Below are positions 53,701 to 64,000 of a stretch of 64,000 nt of DNA, in pieces. A model generated the notes under the pieces. It did no database searches, was not told the DNA's origin, and was given only the letters and a program-made list of their open reading frames with translations. The position numbers and the translations under genes are program-made. Origin of the DNA: Eledone cirrhosa (taxonomy: Eukaryota); contig OZ024742.1 of the NCBI GenBank assembly GCA_964016885.1, positions 330,088,001 through 330,152,000 of the forward strand, written 5' to 3'. Every line of letters begins with the position of its first letter. The first letter of the stretch is position 1.

Positions 53701-54211
53701 GCCTGAGCAGGTTGGTGAGGCTCTTGCACCCTCCACCCCTATCCGCTAATCCCACACAGTCCCAGCGTGCATCTAAGATGCCGTTCCAGTCGCCCACTAA
53801 CACTAAAGAGCGGGACGTTCCAAGAAAGGTCTCCAGACGCCGGAAGAAATCAGGCCGCCCTGCTCCTGTCGGGGCATAGACGGCCACTAGCCTGAAAGCT
53901 TGCCCGTCTCCGCTGGTCACGTCCAGCACCACCAGCTTACCCTCTGGGTCCAGGAAGATGGCCCGTATGGCGAGATCCAAACCTCTCCGAAAAAGCACAG
54001 CAACTCCTCCACCCGATCCAGGACGGCTGGGAGATGCGTACACATCGTAGCCGCCGAAGATCGGTGCGAAGGCCCGTGCTTCGGAGATTCTGGTCTCGCT
54101 GATGGCCACTACATCTATGTTTAGTGACCTGAGGTCGTTGAGCAGGTGACCCTGCTTCCATGACGACCCCAAGCCACGCGCATTTATGCTGCCTATTCTG
54201 AGTGAGGTCAT
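50793..54211 (-). CDS. Copy B ORF2 APE-RT-zf with a single frameshift near 53428
   Basis: 265 aa EN part (GSINARG, SETR, GDWN, YLDR, YTDH) plus 869 aa RT part (QGCPLS, YADD, CPRCAQGDETVLHALVQC); lacks one G present in copies A and C (aatccg vs aatccgg). Confidence 0.9.
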
Positions 54212-54250
54212 GTTTAAAATAGAGTGGAAAAGATGGGAAAGACCACTTAC
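54198..54250 (-). other. Candidate 53-nt intron spanning the ORF1 stop and ORF2 start (copy B)
   Basis: CG|GTAAGT...CTCAG|A, which would give an in-frame CGA codon. Confidence 0.35.
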
Positions 54251-56344
54251 CGTACTTTTGGTAGAGGAGGGGTGGTTTTTACTTCCCTTTTCACTTGATC
54301 GTCTGGTGAAGGGACCGTTGAATCGTCCCTTCGGCTGGTCGTCGGCTCTTCTAAGAGAATGTCTGAATATACTCTTCGATTGATGGTTCCTCCTAGGTCC
54401 CTGAAATCACCAACTGCGTTGGGGAATTTCGTTTTAATGTTTGTGTATTGTTTCTGTGCTATTTTTAGCAGTCTTATGTTAGTTGGCGTTTTGATTGGTG
54501 CTGGTATTATGTAGTCCTGTTGTGAAATGTCTGTGTGTTCAATTATGTAAGTCATTAGTTTCTTGTTGTGTGTGTTTATTGCCGTGCATTTGTTTTTCTG
54601 GGGGTGGGGTGTGGTTCTGCTATTTTCTTGTCGTTGTTGCTGGGTGTGTGTGTTTTGTTGTTGTGTTTGCGATGTTGGTGCTTGTGGTGGTGGTGTTGAA
54701 GGTGTTGTTGGCGGTGGGGTTGTCGCCGGTGGTGATGGTGGTGCTGGTGTGGGTGGTGATGGTGTTGGTGGTGTTGCTGCTGTGGGTCTCTTTGCAGTAG
54801 ACTTTACCCTTTTCTCATTTCTTTCCTCCCTTTTCAAAGGCGACGATGCGCTGCTTCTGCGTTTGTGCCTTCTTGCGACCTTTTGCCATCCCTCTCCCAC
54901 CTCACACTCCATGTCTGATTCTGTGAGGTCGGGGAGGGGTACCAGCTCCACTCTTTCACTTGTTGTTGTTGGTGATGTTTGCACTGGAGTCTCTGTTGCA
55001 GCTGCATTTGGTATTGCTGTTGTTGTTGTTAATATTTCCACTGCTGCTGCTGTTTTTGATTTCCGTGGCGTGGGTATGGGTGCCACGGACCTATCGTTCC
55101 TGGTTGCCGCTTGTCCTGTTGCTGGTAGCCGTGGAGCCGGATTCGGAAGGAGGGGGGTTTTCTCCTTCCTCAGGGTCTTCTCGTTGCAGAAGGCCCTGAG
55201 GTGAGTCTTCGATCCACAGCGAAAGCATTTCGGGCGTTTGCCCTCAACACTTATGGGCAGTTGAGTGCCGTTATCGAAGTCTATCACATCCGGGATAGCT
55301 TCGATGCACTCCTGGTTGGTTTGGATTAGCATCTCAATGGAGGAGCCGACCCAATCTTCTCTTACTTTTTTCTGTACTTGCAGTACAGTTGTTTTGTCCT
55401 CGATTCCGACGAGGACAGACGCGGCCAGCCAAGAAGGGGTCATTCCGGGGGGGACGTGGGTCAGTTTGACCCTCACAATTTTTTGCCCGCAGTAGGAGGG
55501 CACCAACACCATTTCCTCGCTCCTTAGGGTCACTACTGATTGGGCCTTTGCCTCCTGGGGTGTGGCAAAAAGTACGTCTACGGTGGCATATTTTTTGCCT
55601 CGGGTGATGTGCGTTTTCTCGCTGCCACACAGACCCCAAGGCTTTTTGTATTTGGGCCTCTGTGGCTCTTTCCACCCTACGGGATTTTGTACTTACTGTA
55701 CGGTACGTGACCGTACAGTGCTCTTGGGTCTCGAAAAACTTTTCCGCTGCCTTGCAGATTGCTCGGTGTCCGTTCTTTGTCACCATCTTCTTCGCTTCCT
55801 CTAATTCCTCATTTGTTATGAGGATTGTTTCCAAGTTTTTCGCAATACCTGCAAATGAGATTGGTTTTTCTCTGCTGTTGTTGTTGTCGTCAGAGCTGCT
55901 GGTACTTTTGTTGTTGCTGCAGGTACTACGACTACTGCCTCCGCCGCTGTTGCTGTGGTTGTTGTTGGTGTTGCTGCTGCTAATGCTGTTGTTGTTTATG
56001 TTGCTGGTGATGCTGTTGCAGCTGCTACTGTTGTTTTCATTGTCACTGTTGCTGTTGTTATTACGGCTGCTACTGCTATTATTCCTGACGTCAGACGAAT
56101 GAACTGGGTTTTCGTATTTCCCGCACACCTGTTTCGTCGCTGTCGTCGTCGTCGTGGAGAAACTTTGCACGCTTTGCACGAGACTTTTCTTTTCTTTCGT
56201 CACTTGCGAAAGAGAAGGGAGGGAGAGAGACACATTTAAAGAAGGGAGGGAGAGAGACAATCTTCTCTCTGCTGTAGTGATGATTGAGGAAGAAGAAGAC
56301 GGAATGAGTGGGAGTGACGTATGAAATTTCTTTTTTGTAGCCAT
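54247..56344 (-). CDS. Copy B ORF1 with a single frameshift near 55619
   Basis: ORFs 55334-56344 and 54247-55533 join to match the 694 aa ORF1 of copy C; CFRCGSKTHLRAFC. Confidence 0.88.
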
Positions 56345-56559
56345 GTTGTTTTTTGTTTAAAATGAAATTTTGGGTACAAAACCCCAATAACTGGTTATTT
56401 AACCCCGAAGGGCCAAATAACGGACAGAAAGACCCCTCTCACGAGGAGGAGGGTGTCTTTATCAACAATTTGGTTCAAGTTTTAAACAATTTACAATTGT
56501 TTTAACGGTTAAAAATTACTATACCTTACAGAGCCGAGCCTCCGTCAACCATGGCATTC

Positions 56560-56600
<41 letters not shown>

Positions 56601-56861
56601 TTTCTTTATTAACCACAAGGGTTTACATAAAGTAGACATTAAGGACAGTGCAGGACAATGCAGGACGGTACAAATGGGCATTTCTGCGTGTAAAAAAAAC
56701 AAAAACAGAGGATGTAACAAAAATAACAATGAAAATAACAATGAAAAATTCCCCAATAGGGGGGAGACTTCGGAGGGACATTTGTGGAGAAAGCCCAGTA
56801 AAAAGCCACAATGACCCTGACCACCAAGGCAAGTGCCCTCTCCCAGTTTTCCACCTTTAGT

Positions 56862-59800
56862 TTACAGATATATACTCAGAGTCGGCCCATTCACTCGGGC
56901 CATTCTTGCTTCTCTCACCCATCTTTCAACAAAATGCTGGGAAGAGAGCACTTCCTTCTCTACTCTGATTTTCCTTTTCAAATGAAATTTGAAAAAGTCA
57001 ATCAGAGCATCACCGAAGAGGTAAGTGCTCGTCTTCAGCCCTTTCAAACGTGTCCACCATACTATCTCTTTCGCCATGGCCACCAGACAGATAAAAACTG
57101 CCTGCCCTTCCCGGCTAAATGAGGAGGGCGGGGCAATCCTCACGATAGACTCAGATGATAGCTGGATCCGTCCTAAACGCGACAGCAGGTGTTCGACATA
57201 AACCCACAAGTCAGCAATTTTCGGACACTGGACGAGTGCGTGCAGGACGGTTTCGTCGCCCTGCGCGCATCTCGGACATGCCCGGCTGACGGCACCTCCA
57301 TGCCTGTAGAGTTTATCCCGAACTGGCAAGGCTCCTCGGTAGCACTGCCAGGCCAGAGATTTCTGGAAGTTGTCCATAGGCCCTGGCCCGAAAGTTCTTC
57401 CGAAGAGATTGGCTAGTTGATTTTCGTCGACGCCTAGAGTTTCCCCAAGTACGTCGTCGCTCTTCCCTTCCACTAATCCTCTATAGAACGCCGAGGTGGA
57501 GTTTCCACCGATCACATTGCCCGATTGGTCGAGGGCTGTGAGCGCCTGAAGACATTCCAGTCTCCAGGCGCTCCCTCTCGGTCTTCGCTTGACCCAGGAC
57601 TGCAGCTCCGTCAAGGAAACGAGCTGGGGAAAAACGCGTCTAGCAAACGGCGACCACACCTGATCACCGTCGAGGAAGAGGTGGAGATGTCGTAGCCTGA
57701 GCGCGTGCCTGCGCATCATCAGCCACGGCATGCCCAGCCCTCCACGTAGCGGGTGTTGACAACAGATGGACCGCCTGACCATCGGAGCACGTCCCTTCCA
57801 CAAAAAGCGAAAGAGCAAACGCTCCAGCGCAGTCAGGCGAGGCTTAGGACAAGGTACGACGGTTAGGCGGTAGCAGATGACAGACGCGATGTACGCGTTA
57901 GCCACCTCCGCTCGACCTTTCAGGGATAGCTTCCTCTCCGCCCATTTCTGGGTGAGAGAAGCCACCCTGCTCGTCACCTCGTCCCAGTTTTTGTCCGTCT
58001 GGAGGTCCGGACCGAACCAGACCCCTAGCAATTTAACCGGTCCGTCCGTCCAGCGCCCGACGACGCTGTTGGACGGCATGGACCTGCCTCTCCAGGTGCC
58101 GAGCTGCAGGCCCACTGACTTTTCCTGGTTGATCATTGCTCCTGTCACCGCTTCGTATTCTCTTAGTGTAGTGCCGATCGCCTCGATGTGTTTGGCGTTC
58201 GACACCACTACGGTGACATCGTCCGCATATGCTGACACGGATCTTCCGCATCCTAGTTCGCGCGGGACTCCCCTCAACGTCTCCAGTTTGTGCAGTAATG
58301 GCTCGAGAGTCAATACGTACAAGAGGGACGAGAGGGGACATCCTTGGCGGACCGAGCGCATGATGTTGAACGGTTCCGACAGGTGACCGTTCACTCTCAC
58401 CACAGAGCAGATGTCGCTGTGCATGGCAGCGATCCAGCCTCTGAAGACGGGCCCAAAGCCAGCCGCCCTCAGGACTGCCGCTAGGTAACGATGGTCGACC
58501 CTATCGAAAGCTTTCGACTGATCTAAATTGATCAAGGACCCACCCGTGCCAGGTTCCCTAGCTACCCTCTCTACGATGTATCGCATGAGGTGGAGGTTGT
58601 CGTGGATGGATCTGTCGGGAATGGCGCATGTCTGCGCCTCTCCCACCAGACCACCAACGACAAGCGCCAACCTCTTTGCTAGCACCTTGGCCAAAATCTT
58701 AAACTCTGTGTTTAGCAGAGTTATGGGCCGGAAATTGTCTATGTTATCCCCCTTGTTCGGATCCTTTCTCAGCAGTGCCACCGCTCCTCGGCTCACAGAA
58801 CTGGGAATTCTCCCGTTCTGTTGCCAGTTGCAGTAGACGTCCGCCAAGAGGCCTCCGAACAAGTCTGGCATCTGTACGTAAAGTTCATAGGGCAGACCAT
58901 CCAAACCAGGCGATTTACCCCTTGTGCAGCCAGTCATTGCCTCCCGTACTTCAGCGGCTGTTATCGGCTTTTCGCAACACCTCGCCTCAGTGGCCGAGAG
59001 CCGCGGCAGCCCGTCGAGGTAGACACTAAAGTCCATCCCTCTACCCGGCCCCCCGCTGCCCCCGAACAGCTGAGCGAAGTGTCGCTGAAAAGCTTCACAC
59101 ATTTGCCCGGGATCGAGTAGCATGCGCCCGTCGTGGTCCACCAAAGACCGGATCGTGGCTTTGTTGCCACGACGCGCCTCCGCCACTCGGGCCCATTGAA
59201 CGGCTTTCGTCCCCTCGTGTCTGAGAGCACGCACCCTAGCTCTGACAACGCAGCCTTCGTGCTTTGCATTGAAGAATTGGTCAAGGGCCAATTTCGCCGC
59301 AAGCACGTCGGTCGCAATGCCTTTGCTAAGCGCCTCGTCTAATTTTCTAACTAGTTCTCCCTCTGCTCTATTTTTCTCTATTGCTAAAGCCTTACTAAAC
59401 CTAATCGATTCTATTCTAATCGCTCTTTTCAGAGCAAACCACCACTTGTTGTTGACGATGGCCCCCGTCAACGCCCGCTTAACTAGTTCGCTAATCCGGT
59501 CTCTGTAGGCCTTGCGCGCTGGTAAGGACGTTTAGCTTCCAGTAGCCGGGTCCTCGTCTATGAAGCCTATCTAAGTCAAGCACACAGGTCACGAATTTGT
59601 GGTCCGTGTAGCTGACTATCTTGAATTGTGGACAGCCTATGCTAGACCTATCTATTTCCCTACAAAATACTCTATCTAGATATGATCTGGATGACCCTAT
59701 GCGGTTTGTCCAAGTCCACATTGGCACATTCGGGAAATCCAATCGGTACCTGTCAGACAGTTCAAAACGCCTGAGCAGGTTGGTGAGGCTCTTGCACCCT

Positions 59801-60279
59801 CCACCCCTATCCGCTAATCCCACACAGTCCCAGCGTGCATCTAAGATCCCGTTCCAGTCGCCCACTAACACTAAAGAGCGGGACGTTCCAAGAAAGGTCT
59901 CCAGACGCCGGAAGAAATCAGGCCGCCCTGCTCCTGTCGGGGCATAGACGGCCACTAGCCTGAAAGATTGCCCGTCTCCGCTGGTCACGTCCAGCACCAC
60001 CAGCTTACCCTCTGGGTCCAGGAAGATGGCCCGTATGGCGAGATCCAAACCTCTCCGAAAAAGTACAGCAACTCCTCCACCGGATCCAGGACGGCTGGGA
60101 GATGCGTACACATCGTAGCCGCCGAAGATCGGTGCGAAGGCCCGTGCTTCGGAGATTCTGGTCTCGCTGATGGCCACTACATCTATGTTTAGTGACCTGA
60201 GGTCGTTGAGCAGGTGACCCTGCTTCCATGACGACCCCAAGCCACGCGCATTTATGCTGCCTATTCTGAGTGAGGTCAT
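56862..60279 (-). CDS. Copy C ORF2 APE-RT-zf with a frameshift near 59530
   Basis: 262 aa + 869 aa pieces; ggacgtttag versus ggacgcgtttag in copies A and B. Confidence 0.9.
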
Positions 60280-60318
60280 GTTTAAAATAGAGTGGAAAAG
60301 ATGGGAAAGACCACTTAC
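60266..60318 (-). other. Candidate 53-nt intron spanning the ORF1 stop and ORF2 start (copy C)
   Basis: Same CG|GTAAGT...CTCAG|A arrangement as copy B. Confidence 0.35.
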
Positions 60319-62399
60319 CGTATTTTTGGTAGAGGAGGGATGGTTTTTACATCCCTTTTCACTTGATCGTCTGGTGAAGGGACCGTTGAATCGTCCCTTC
60401 GGCTGGTCGTCGGCTCTTCTAAGAGAATGTCTGAATATACTCTTCGATTAATGGTTCCTCCTAGGTCCCTGAAATCACCAACTGCGTTGGGGAATTTCGT
60501 TTTAATGTTTGTGTATTGTTTCTGTGCTATTTTTAGCAGTCTTATGTTAGTTGGCGTTTTGATTGGTGCTGGTATTATGTAGTCCTGTTGTGAAATGTCT
60601 GTGTGTTCAATTATGTAAGTCATTAGTTTCTTGTTGTGTGTGTTTATTGCCGTGCATTTGTTTTTCTGGGGGTGGGGTGTGGTTCTGCTATTTTCTTGTC
60701 GCTGTTGCTGGGTGTGTGTGTTTTGTTGTTGTGTTTGCGATGTTGGTGCTTGTGGTGTTGAAGGTGTTGTTGGCGGTGGGGTTGTCGCCGGTGGTGATGG
60801 TGGTGCTGGTGTGGGTGGTGATGGTGTTGGTGGTGTTGCTGCTGTGGGTCTCTTTGCAGTAGACTTTACCCTTTTCTCATTTCTTTCCTCCCTTTTCAAA
60901 GGCGACGATGCGCTGCTTCTGCGTTTGTGCCTTCTTGAGACCTTTTGCCATCCCTCTCCCACCTCACACTCCATGTCTGATTCTGTAAGGTCGGGGAGGG
61001 GTACCAGCTCCACTCTTTCACTTGTTGTTGTTGGTGATGTTTGCACTGGAGTCTCTGTTGCAGCTGCATTTGGTATTGCTGTTGTTGTTGTTAATATTTC
61101 CACTGCTGCTGCTGTCTTTGATTTCCGTGGAGTGGGTATGGGTGCCACGGACCTATCGTTCCTGGTTGCCGCTTGTCCTGTTGCTGGTAGCCGTGGAACC
61201 GGATTCGGGAGGAGGGGGGTTTTCTCCTTTCTCAGGGTCTTCTCGTTGCAGAAGGCCCTGAGGTGAGTCTTCGATCCACAGCGAAAGCATTTCGGGCGTT
61301 TGCCCTCAACACTTATGGGCAGTTGAGTGCCGTTATCGAAGTCTATCACATCCGGGATAGCTTCGATGCACTCCTGGTTGGTTTGGATTAGCATCTCAAT
61401 GGAGGAGCCGACCCAATCTTCTCTTACTTTTTTCTGTACTTGCAGTACAGTTGTTTTGTCCTCGATTCCGACGAGGACAGACGCGGCCAGCCAAGAAGGG
61501 GTCATTCCGGGGGGGACGTGGGTCAGTTTGACCCTCACAATTTTTTGCCCACAGTAGGAGGGCACCAACACCATTTCCTCGCTCCTTAGGGTCACTACTG
61601 ATTGGGCCTTTGCCTCCTGGGGTGTGGCAAAAAGTACGTCTACGGTGGCATATTTTTTGCCTCGGGTGATGTGCGTTTTCCGCTGCCACACAGACCCCAA
61701 GGCTTTTTGTATTTGGGCCTCTGTGGCTCTTTCCACCCTACGGGATTTTGTACTTACTGTACGGTACGTGACCGTACAGTGCTCTTGGGTTTCGAAAAAA
61801 TTTTTCGCTGCCTTGCAGATTGCTCGGTGTCCGTTCTTTGTCACCATCTTCTTCGCTTCCTCTAATTCCTCATTTGTTATGAGGATTGTTTCCAAGTTTT
61901 TCGCAATACCTGCAAATGAGATTGGTTTTTCTCTGCTGTTGTTGTCGTCAGAGCTGCTGGTACTTTTGTTGTTGCTGCAGGTACTACGACTACTGCCTCC
62001 GCCGCTGTTGCTGTGGTTGTTGTTGGTGTTGCTGCTGCTAATGCTGTTGTTGTTTATGCTGCTGGTGATGCTGTTGCGGCTGCTACTGTTGTTTTCATTG
62101 TCACTGTTGCTGTTGTTATTACGGCTGCTACTGCTATTATTCCTGACGTCAGACGAATGAACTGGGTTTTCGTATTTCCCGCACACCTGTTTCGTCGCTG
62201 TCGTCGTCGTGGAGAAACCTTGCACGCTTTGCACGAGACTTTTCTTTTCTTTCGTCACTTGCGAAAGAGAAGGGAGGGAGAGAGACACATTTAAAGAAGG
62301 GAGGGAGAGAGACAATCTTCTCTCTGCTGTAGTGATGATTGAGGAAGAAGAAGACGGAATGAGTGGGAGTGACGTATGAAATTTCTTTTTCGTAGCCAT
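60315..62399 (-). CDS. Tx1 ORF1 nucleic-acid-binding protein, 694 aa
   Basis: Uninterrupted ORF; S/N-rich N-terminus, globular middle, CX2CX4HX4C knuckle, P/T-rich linker, basic patch, C-terminal domain shared with copy A. Confidence 0.9.
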   Translation of the reverse strand: MATKKKFHTSLPLIPSSSSSIITTAERRLSLSLPSLNVSLSLPSLSQVTKEKKSLVQSVQGFSTTTTATKQVCGKYENPVHSSDVRNNSSSSRNNNSNSDNENNSSSRNSITSSINNNSISSSNTNNNHSNSGGGSSRSTCSNNKSTSSSDDNNSREKPISFAGIAKNLETILITNEELEEAKKMVTKNGHRAICKAAKNFFETQEHCTVTYRTVSTKSRRVERATEAQIQKALGSVWQRKTHITRGKKYATVDVLFATPQEAKAQSVVTLRSEEMVLVPSYCGQKIVRVKLTHVPPGMTPSWLAASVLVGIEDKTTVLQVQKKVREDWVGSSIEMLIQTNQECIEAIPDVIDFDNGTQLPISVEGKRPKCFRCGSKTHLRAFCNEKTLRKEKTPLLPNPVPRLPATGQAATRNDRSVAPIPTPRKSKTAAAVEILTTTTAIPNAAATETPVQTSPTTTSERVELVPLPDLTESDMECEVGEGWQKVSRRHKRRSSASSPLKREERNEKRVKSTAKRPTAATPPTPSPPTPAPPSPPATTPPPTTPSTPQAPTSQTQQQNTHTQQQRQENSRTTPHPQKNKCTAINTHNKKLMTYIIEHTDISQQDYIIPAPIKTPTNIRLLKIAQKQYTNIKTKFPNAVGDFRDLGGTINRRVYSDILLEEPTTSRRDDSTVPSPDDQVKRDVKTIPPLPKIR

Positions 62400-62614
62400 G
62401 TTGTTTTTTGTTTAAAATGAAATTTTGGGTACAAAACCCCAATAACTGGTTATTTAACCCCGAAGGGCCAAATAACAGACAGAAAGACCCCTCTCACGAG
62501 GAGGAGGGTGTCTTTATCAACAATTTGGTTCAAGTTTTAAACAATTTACAATTGTTTTAACGGTTAAAAATTACTATACCTTACAGAGCCGAGCCTCCGT
62601 CAACCATGGCATTC

Positions 62615-62658
<44 letters not shown>
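62615..62658. repeat. (AAT)n spacer, one of seven (41367-41404, 41809-41848, 47720-47770, 48155-48176, 50475-50531, 56560-56598, 62615-62658)
   Basis: Directly visible at every element junction in the stack. Confidence 0.95.
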
Positions 62659-64000
62659 GGGAAGAAGACGCACGAGGTGGTAGAACGTCACGAAATTGCT
62701 CCCGTAAGTTTTTTTGATTTTTAACATATTTAAATCAATTGTGAAAGAACAATTCTTAGCACAAATGTTGCATAAAGGCACCGAATGAGGTCCCATAAAG
62801 TTTCGGATCCATATTATATTGTTGTATCGCTCAAATATTCAATTTTGTATTATATATTTTGTATTCAAAAAAAGAAAATGGTTATAAATGGAACAAAACA
62901 CCCTCTGTCTACACTATATAGAACAGCGGCAATTTCAATTTCACCAACACCAGAAACTTGATACACTACCTATCCCATCACACTAAATATAACGGCACCT
63001 TCACCGGCATCATAATAATAATTACTATTATTATTGTCTCAAATTTAAAAAAATGTTTAATTCAAATTTTACGGGAATATGTCAACACAAAATATAATGA
63101 AAATATATATTAAACATACGAACACAAACTCATAGATACTATATCAGTAACCACAACACCACCGCTGCCACCACCCCACCACATCCAGCATCGCCGCCAC
63201 CACTCATTCAATGCTACTGACACTATTCCCCTGTTAACTTGAGAGAGAAAAGTGAAGGTGGCGGTATAACTAGACAAGAGAGAGGCTAGCAAAAGATATA
63301 AATAGATTGACTTGGTGACCTTGCCACGGACAAACGTCTACATCAACAATTATGGGACTGCTGGCTCACCCCTTCCTCACCAACAATATAAAAAGCCCCG
63401 GCACCACCACCGACATAGCCAGCAGCAATAACAGCCAACTACAACAAAAAGTATATTATATTATTGTAATGCACTGGGTGATTGCTGGCCTTGTGCCTGG
63501 AGTGGAGACAATTATAAATAATTTCATTCTTAAGCCACGCAATGCTCACATTAAGGAACCACTCATGATAATAACAATTTAAAAAAAACAACAAAAAGAA
63601 AACCCCGTGACCAAGAAATACCGGGATGGCGGCCGGCGGGGAATAGCCATGTCTCTAGGGGAGAACGACCCCTCTAGTCTTGGTTGACACTCGTTCTAGA
63701 AGTGGTAACACGAAATGATTACCCCTTGGCGGATAAGGATAAAACGCGACAAAATAAAGTAGATGTCTAATGATGAAATCTCATACCGGATCGGCCGTCA
63801 CCCGGGTAAAAAAGGGCCGCGTCCCTCAGAGAGGAACCAGACTGGGGTCGAAAAATCAGCTAATGGTTCAAACCTTCCCATCACTTCGGAGCTGGAGACC
63901 TCCCATAACCGGAATACTCCTACTGTTGGCCCTCCATGCTCACCACCAAGAAATCCAAAGAAAAAGAGAGAAAAATGGTCAAGGGAAGATAATAAAGAAG

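Larger units (their letters stand above)
50532..56559 (-). mobile_element. Tx1/L1-clade retrotransposon copy B (full length)
   Basis: Nearly identical to copy C end to end; (AAT)n on both sides. Confidence 0.95.
56599..62614 (-). mobile_element. Tx1/L1-clade retrotransposon copy C (full length, youngest-looking)
   Basis: Intact ORF1; ORF2 with one 2-nt deletion; (AAT)n on both sides. Confidence 0.95.

Noticed and set aside
42041-62294. Plus-strand ORFs overlapping the Tx1 copies (e.g. 169, 213 and 178 aa)
   Set aside because: Antisense shadows of GC-rich or low-complexity coding sequence; repeated only because the copies are near-identical
41367-62658. CRISPR-like or telomeric array
   Set aside because: Repeats are simple variable-length (AAT)n and the spacers are retroelements; no cas genes and no TTAGGG tracts

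Overview
Eukaryotic, AT-rich, microsatellite-dense DNA with no intact host gene. The SINEs and repeat landscape suggest a cephalopod or other mollusc, but this is inference. The left two-thirds (1-40.4 kb) holds Penelope-like retroelements (PLEs; two Naiad-type YRDD RT/GIY-YIG copies and one YVDD copy) and short non-coding relatives anchored in (TA)n. Many share one asymmetric design, (TA)n | inverted arm ... arm + 45-90 bp tail | (TA)n, and several carry type I hammerhead ribozymes, including one with a ~100-nt stem II. Between them lie tRNA-type SINEs, RTE debris and what appear to be several heavily decayed LRR/Toll-like-receptor genes. The right third (41.4-62.7 kb) is a ~21 kb stack of retroelements, each separated from the next by (AAT)n. 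It comprises four Tx1/L1-clade copies (APE-RT, minus strand; three full length) and two R4/Dong-like copies (RT-REL, plus strand). The Tx1 copies show ORF1/5'UTR swapping on a shared ORF2 and a conserved candidate 52-53 nt intron whose removal would fuse ORF1 and ORF2 in frame. All analysis was by eye, with no database searches or folding programs, so coordinates of degraded features are approximate.
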